NCBI GenBank assembly: GCA_963845245.1
Contig: CAWJRJ010000016.1
Coordinates: 96,001-160,000, forward strand
Source of the DNA: Nitrospirota bacterium
Lineage (GTDB): Bacteria; Nitrospirota; JACRHJ01
DNA: 64,000 nucleotides
Direction: 5' to 3'
Shown here: piece by piece, positions 58,535 to 64,000 of the stretch
Numbering within the stretch: the first letter of the stretch is position 1
Layout: each line of letters opens with the position of its first letter
The notes under the pieces: model-generated
What the model was told of the DNA's origin: nothing
The model's database searches: none
The model's input: the letters and a program-made list of their open reading frames with translations, nothing else
Position numbers and translations under genes: made by a program

Positions 58535-59920
58535 ATGCCCGGAGAAAAGATACTTGTTGTAGACGACGAACCGGGGATGAGGAGCCTGCTTTCCAAGGTG
58601 CTCACGAAGGGCGGCTATTTCGTCAGCGCGTTCGAGAGGGGCCAGGATGCGCTCGACTCCATGTCCGGGGAGGACTACGACCTGGCGGTGCTCGACATCG
58701 AGATGCCCGGCATGAGCGGCATCGAGCTTTTAAAGAAGATAAAGGCGAAGGACGCCGGGCTTAACGTGGTGATGATAACCGCCTACGGCTCGCTCCAGTC
58801 CGCAGTCGAGGCTATGCGACAGGGCGCGTACGACTACCTGACCAAGCCCTTCCAGATGGAGGAGATCAAGCTGGTGGTCGAGAAGGCTCTGGAGCGGGAA
58901 CGCCTGATAAACGAGAACCGCGAACTCCACCGCGAATTAGAGGAGCAGTACCGCTTCACCGGCATAATAGGCAAGAGCCGGGGCATGGAGGAGGTCTACG
59001 AGCTGGTAAGCAGCGTAGCCTCAACCAACGCCAGCGTGCTTATACAGGGCGAGAGCGGCACAGGCAAGGAACTCATCGCGCGCTCCATACATTACAACAG
59101 CAGGCGCAAGGGAAGCCCGCTAGTTATATTAAACTGCGCGGCTCTTGCCGAAGGCGTGCTCGAGTCCGAGCTGTTCGGCCATGAGAAGGGCTCGTTCACC
59201 GGCGCAATAAAACGCAAGGCCGGAAGGTTCGAGCTTGCCCACGGCGGGACGCTCTTCCTTGACGAGATAGGCGAGATACCTGTCACGACCCAGTTGAAGC
59301 TCTTGCGGGTGCTCCAGGAGCACACGTTCGAGCGCGTGGGCGGCGAGAAGACCATACAGGTGGACGTGCGCATAATCGCCGCCACCAACAAAGACCTCAT
59401 GACGGCGGTCAAGGAAGGCCGTTTCAGGGAGGACCTCTACTACAGGCTGAACGTGGTGTCCATTACCATCCCGCCGCTTCGGGAAAGGCGGGAGGATATC
59501 CCTGAACTCGCCGCGCATTTTCTGGCCAAGTTCACCGCCGAGACCGGGAAACACATCGAGGCGATAGACCCGGTTGCCATGGACATGCTGGTCCACTACG
59601 ACTGGCCGGGGAACGTCCGCGAGCTTGAGAACATAATAGAACGCGCGGTCGTGCTTGAAAAAGGGGGTTCCATATCCCCTTCAAGCCTGCCTCTTACGTT
59701 GCGTTTCGACAAAGGCGAATCCGGTGGTTACCAGGCCCCGGCCGAAAAGGGAAGCCTGACCGACGTGGTCGAGGGCCTCGAAAGACAACTTATTGTCAAG
59801 GCGCTTAAGGACTGTGGCGGCTCTCAGACCGCCGCTGCCGCATCACTTGGGCTTAAAAGGAGCACGTTCCGCTATAAACTCGAAAAATATGGGCTGGTTT
59901 CGTCTGATTTGACGGATTAG
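58535..59920 (+). CDS. NtrC-family sigma54-dependent response regulator
   Basis: Receiver (VVDDE, D.EMP, KPF), GESGTGKE, ESELFGHEKGSFTGA, FLDEIG, WPGNVREL, HTH. Confidence 0.97.
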   Translation: MPGEKILVVDDEPGMRSLLSKVLTKGGYFVSAFERGQDALDSMSGEDYDLAVLDIEMPGMSGIELLKKIKAKDAGLNVVMITAYGSLQSAVEAMRQGAYDYLTKPFQMEEIKLVVEKALERERLINENRELHRELEEQYRFTGIIGKSRGMEEVYELVSSVASTNASVLIQGESGTGKELIARSIHYNSRRKGSPLVILNCAALAEGVLESELFGHEKGSFTGAIKRKAGRFELAHGGTLFLDEIGEIPVTTQLKLLRVLQEHTFERVGGEKTIQVDVRIIAATNKDLMTAVKEGRFREDLYYRLNVVSITIPPLRERREDIPELAAHFLAKFTAETGKHIEAIDPVAMDMLVHYDWPGNVRELENIIERAVVLEKGGSISPSSLPLTLRFDKGESGGYQAPAEKGSLTDVVEGLERQLIVKALKDCGGSQTAAAASLGLKRSTFRYKLEKYGLVSSDLTD

Positions 59921-59960
59921 TTATAAGTTGTATGCACAATGAGGGGCTCTAGTGGACGGT

Positions 59961-59976
59961 TGGAACGAAAATTGCA
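59961..59976 (+). promoter_or_regulatory. Sigma54 promoter P3
   Basis: TGGAACGAAAATTGCA (GG-N10-GC). Confidence 0.7.
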
Positions 59977-59990
59977 CTTATAACGGCCTG

Positions 59991-60683
59991 ATGGATTTCG
60001 TTATAAAGAGCTTCAAGTATTTTCTCGCCGGACTCTGCCTGGCGCTCGTATTCTCCATGAAGGTGTTCGGCGCAGAAGCTCCGGTGTCAGCACCGGCGTC
60101 GATGCCGTTGCAGGTGGAGGGCGCAGTCACGCACGACACCACTTGGCTGGGGCGGGTGGTGGTGGCCGGTGACGTGCTTGTCCCCGAGGGTATCACCCTT
60201 ACGATAGCTCCCGGCACTGATGTCATGTTCATGTCCAGCGAAAGCTCGAAGATCGAGCCTGCATTCCTCTCCATGCAGACCGAGATAATGGTGCGTGGGA
60301 GGCTGGTCGCGGAAGGCGAAAAGGGTAAAGAGATAACCTTCGGCCCGGCGCCGGAAGATATCAACGGCAAAAAGCCTGAGCGCGGCGACTGGGGCGGCAT
60401 CATATTCGACGGCCCTGAGTCCGGGAAGAGCAGAGTCGCAAACGCCATGTTCACCAAGGCCGATACGGCGCTCACGTTTTACGGTTCATCTCCTGATATC
60501 GCAGCCTGCACAGTCACAGACTGCAGGTACGGCATCGTCTGCATGGGTGCGGCAGCTCCGAAGTTCGAGGCATGCAGTATAACCGGGAACGAGATCGGCG
60601 TGGTGTCCGGGGCCGGCGGCAGCCCTTCTTTTGAAAAATGTAGTATATCCAAAAACGAGCACGACTTTCTTAACAGGGACTAA
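59991..60683 (+). CDS. Exported short beta-helix protein
   Basis: DTTW.G, TLTIAPGT, I.VRG.L.A.G, GDWGGI. Confidence 0.75.
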   Translation: MDFVIKSFKYFLAGLCLALVFSMKVFGAEAPVSAPASMPLQVEGAVTHDTTWLGRVVVAGDVLVPEGITLTIAPGTDVMFMSSESSKIEPAFLSMQTEIMVRGRLVAEGEKGKEITFGPAPEDINGKKPERGDWGGIIFDGPESGKSRVANAMFTKADTALTFYGSSPDIAACTVTDCRYGIVCMGAAAPKFEACSITGNEIGVVSGAGGSPSFEKCSISKNEHDFLNRD

Positions 60684-61589
60684 TGAACACGAGCCTTACG
60701 GATATTCTCACGTGGTTACAGGGGAGCGGACTTGCCGGGTTTTATATAGCCGCGTTTATCCTGGGCGCGTTCCACGCCCTTGAGCCCGGGCACGGGAAGA
60801 CGGTCGTTGCCGCATATCTTGTCGGCTCCAAGGGCAGGACGTACGAGGCGGTGCTTCTCGGCATCATAGTTACGATCACCCACACGTTCAGCATAATCGT
60901 GCTTGCAATAATCGCGAAGTTCGCGGCAGCCAGCTATACCGACCAGCAGCTACACACCTATCTCGGGTTTATTGCCGCCGTCCTTATCCTTGGCGTCGGG
61001 TTATCCATGATATATGCCAGGTGGCGTGCCATACACAGGCTTCATCACCATGAGCATGAAAATGGACACAGCCATTGCGGGCATGACCACGGCCATCACG
61101 ACGACCACGAAGGGCACTCGCATGACCATGACCACGACCATGACCATCACGAACACGAAGAGGTACACCCTCCGGTGATGGAACACGAGTGGGAGCACAA
61201 GCATTTCCACGAGGCGCACTCACACGGCGGACATAGCCATACCCATTACGCGCCCAAGCCGGGAGAGAAGCTTAGCCTGTGGAAGCTGGCATGTTCTGGG
61301 GATTTCGGGCGGGCTTGTGCCGTGTCCTGCGGCGTTTGCGCTGCTGCTGGCTGCCGTATCGGCAGGCGCTCTTGCAAAAGGGGTCGGCCTCGTCCTTGTC
61401 TTCTCGCTCGGCCTTGCGACTGCCCTTGTCGCGATAGGCATAGGCGTGCTGAAGGCCGCAAGCTTCTCTGGCCGTTTCATGGACACCGAGAGGATCGCGC
61501 CCTACATCGCGATGGCTAGCGCGGTCCTTGTAACGCTCATAGGTGTAGCTACGCTATATAACTCTATAAAAGACTTTTCGTTGTTATGA
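60683..61589 (+). CDS. rcnA: RcnA-type nickel/cobalt efflux permease (frameshift near 61290)
   Basis: GAFHALEPGHGKT..AAYL.G, THT, long His-rich loop, GL.PCP.A, FSLGLA. Confidence 0.87.
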
Positions 61590-62693
61590 AGACCGTAATC
61601 GCTATAATAATGGTGATGCTTCTGCCTTCGGCTGTCCTTGCTGCCGATGACGGTGTACTGCGGCTGCACGACCACACCTTCAACAAAGACCAGACGTGGA
61701 GCGGCACCGTTCTCATAGACGGCGTGGTGCAGTTCGCGCCGGAGGCAAACCTCACTATTATGCCGGGCACGACGGTCGAGTTCACCAGGACGGACACGGA
61801 CAAGGACGGCATCGGCGAGAACGAGCTTTACGTGCAGGGCAGCATCACGGCCAACGGCACAAAAGACAAGCCGATAGTCTTCACATCCGCCGAGGAGCAC
61901 AAGAGGCCGGGCGACTGGGGCGCGGTGAACATCATGGTGAGCGAGGGCCGCAAGAACGAGCTGTCGAACTGCATCATAGAGTACGGATACCGCGGCTTCC
62001 ATATGCATTTCTCCAAGGCGACGCATAAAAGACAGCCAGTTGCGCAACAACTACCTGGGCATCCAGTGCCAGGATTCCCAGCTTGATGTTATAGGGTGCA
62101 CCATCTCGGGTAACAAGGGCGCACTGGTCTTCAAGGACTCGAAGCTCCTGATCAAGGACTGCATTCTGACCAATAATTACTGGGGCGTGCGTTTCCTCTA
62201 CGGCGAGGCCGAGCTGACCGGGAATACCGTCATAGGCAACATGATAAACGGCATCACGTTCAGGGAGACGAAGGTGCGCGCATCAGGCAACAGGCTGAGG
62301 GGCAACCGCAAGGGCTTCTCGGCCGAGCTTGCCCAGGTGGAGCTTAAGGACAATATCATGGAGAACAACGTCGAGAGCGGCGTCTACCTCAAACACTCAA
62401 CCGGCACGGTTTCTGGTAATGTTATCAAGGGAAACGGCAACTCCGGCATATCCATCGAGGATTCCGACGTGAAGATAACGGATAACGAGATAACCGACAA
62501 TTCTCTTTACGCAATAGACAACAACGGCTCTATGGACGTGGACGCGCGCGGTAACTGGTGGGGTACTACCGATGCCGCCGGCATAAAGGCCATGCTGTTC
62601 GACAAGTCCAGGGACCCGGCTATCGGCGCCGTCGAGTTTTCACCCGCGGCACAAAAACAACTGAAAAGCAAGAGCTTGCTATGGTTAAATTAA
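61586..62693 (+). CDS. Exported beta-helix protein (frameshift near 62022)
   Basis: DQTWSG, LTIMPGT, DTDKDGIGENE loop, GDWG; continues in ORF 62040-62693 to NWWG. Confidence 0.78.
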
Positions 62694-63073
62694 TATTAGC
62701 TGCGGTACTTGTCCTGTTGCCGTCTCTTGCCTTCGCGCATTACGAGGGAGAGCTCCTGCCCGACTCCGTCGCGGTGATGGAATACTCGATGGTTATTAGC
62801 ATGGCCCCGAAGGACGTCCTGACCCGCAACAAACTGGGTATGGTGTACCTCAGGCAGAACAAGGTCGCGAAGGCCAGGGAGCAGTTCAAGGAAATACTGA
62901 AGTTGGACCCGGTCAATTTCGACGCGCTTGACAGCATGGGCCTTGCCTGCGATAAAGAGGGCAAGTTCAAGGAGGCGGCCGACTGGTACGGGAAGGCGTT
63001 GAAGGTGAAGGCGACGGATGCCGGCGTGAAAAAGAGATATGAGACTGCATCGAACAAGGCAAAGGGCATGTAG
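62681..63073 (+). CDS. Exported TPR protein
   Basis: Signal MVKLILAA..AFA-HYEG; LG..Y.......A...F...L.LDP. Confidence 0.78.
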   Translation: MVKLILAAVLVLLPSLAFAHYEGELLPDSVAVMEYSMVISMAPKDVLTRNKLGMVYLRQNKVAKAREQFKEILKLDPVNFDALDSMGLACDKEGKFKEAADWYGKALKVKATDAGVKKRYETASNKAKGM

Positions 63074-63082
63074 CATAATACC

Positions 63083-64000
63083 ATGAGGAGGCTGAACTTG
63101 AGCATATTGACGCGCGTGTTGTTGTTATTGTCATCAGTGTACGCTTTTGTGCTGCTGTCCGGATGTGCGCCCGAAAGGCCCATAGTGAAGGCCTATAATG
63201 CCGAGGAGCTTACAGAGAAGAGCTACGGTCTGCTTACAATCGACAAGGACACGGTGTGGGACGGCAGGATAAGGATAACGGGCGACATACTGGTGAAGGA
63301 GGGTGCGACTCTCACCGTAATGCCGGGCACGGTAATCCGCTTTGACACCATCGAGCCGAAGCTCGACACTGACGGCGGCCGCAACATGCTTGGGCTTGAT
63401 TCCCCGTACTTCCCCGGCGCGGAGATCATCGTAAGGGGCCGTATCGTTGCGGTCGGCACGCCGGACTCCCCCATAACGTTCACGTCCTCCGACAAGGCCG
63501 CAAAGCCGGGCATCTGGGGCGCGATCAACCTGCTAGGCAGCAACGGCAACGTCGTCGAGTTCTGCAGGATATATTACGCATACAACGGCGTCCACAACCA
63601 CGCCTCCACTGCGGTGGTTCTGAACAGCGTTTTCTCGCATAACGGGACCGCGCTCTCGTTCAAGAAGGCGGACTTCAACCACCCATGCTGGATGTTCATA
63701 GAGCACAACACGATAGTCGGCAACAAGTCCGGCATATCCGCCAGGAACTCCATAGCGAACATCGCGTTCAACGACATCTCGGATAACGAGTTCTACGGCA
63801 TCTGGCTCAGGGAGGGCGTAGACGCGCGGATCGCCTACAACGACATGACCAAGAACGGCAAGGGCATCTACCTCTACAAGGCACAGGCGGTCAAGATAAG
63901 CTACAACAACATATACGATAACATTGAGTACAATATGGCCATGGCGGAGGACAACCCGGCGGATATAGACGCCACCGACAACTGGTGGGGTACCCTGAAC
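63083..64000 (+). CDS. Beta-helix lipoprotein, 3'-partial (not in ORF track)
   Basis: Open frame to window end; LSGC lipobox, DTVWDG, ATLTVMPGT, ITFTS, G.WG, NWWG. Confidence 0.8.
   Translation, partial: MRRLNLSILTRVLLLLSSVYAFVLLSGCAPERPIVKAYNAEELTEKSYGLLTIDKDTVWDGRIRITGDILVKEGATLTVMPGTVIRFDTIEPKLDTDGGRNMLGLDSPYFPGAEIIVRGRIVAVGTPDSPITFTSSDKAAKPGIWGAINLLGSNGNVVEFCRIYYAYNGVHNHASTAVVLNSVFSHNGTALSFKKADFNHPCWMFIEHNTIVGNKSGISARNSIANIAFNDISDNEFYGIWLREGVDARIAYNDMTKNGKGIYLYKAQAVKISYNNIYDNIEYNMAMAEDNPADIDATDNWWGTLN

Noticed and set aside
61040..61250. CAT/GAC-rich tandem repeats
   Set aside because: Explained as the coding sequence of the RcnA His-rich loop.
1..64000. CRISPR array, rRNA or tRNA genes
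   Set aside because: No regularly spaced repeat-spacer array and no recognisable rRNA or tRNA sequence was seen by eye.

Overview
A 64-kb chromosomal window from a moderately GC-rich anaerobe. Gene order (cinA-thpR-recA-pilT-recX), multiheme cytochromes and sigma54 regulation suggest Desulfobacterota or Nitrospirota; this is inference. The left ~36 kb holds housekeeping operons (hemH, citrate synthase, recA operon, pgeF-yggS-proC-yggT-divIVA-yggU, amidase-GerMN-murI, hsp20, dksA), a sigma54/IHF-driven TusA-DsrE-DsrF-DsrH sulfur-relay operon, two HAO-fold multiheme cytochromes (7 and 8 CxxCH), a PocR-PAS-GAF-HD-GYP protein, an AT-rich HigB/HigA-IrrE island with IS remnants, REP-like repeats and a candidate structured RNA. 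The right ~27 kb (36.9 kb to the window end) is one co-oriented cluster of mostly exported proteins that I cannot match to a characterised pathway. It has five paralogous beta-sandwich proteins, six paralogous beta-helix proteins, two FG-GAP/CRTAC1-like propellers, two Tat-exported DUF362 proteins, a NapH-NapG-like polyferredoxin, an orphan ResB, an RcnA-type Ni/Co exporter, an orphan solute-binding protein and a degenerate AAA ATPase. It also carries its own kinase/NtrC pair and three sigma54 promoters. About 15 genes have single-base frameshifts, most plausibly sequencing or assembly indels. I saw no rRNA, tRNA or CRISPR array.
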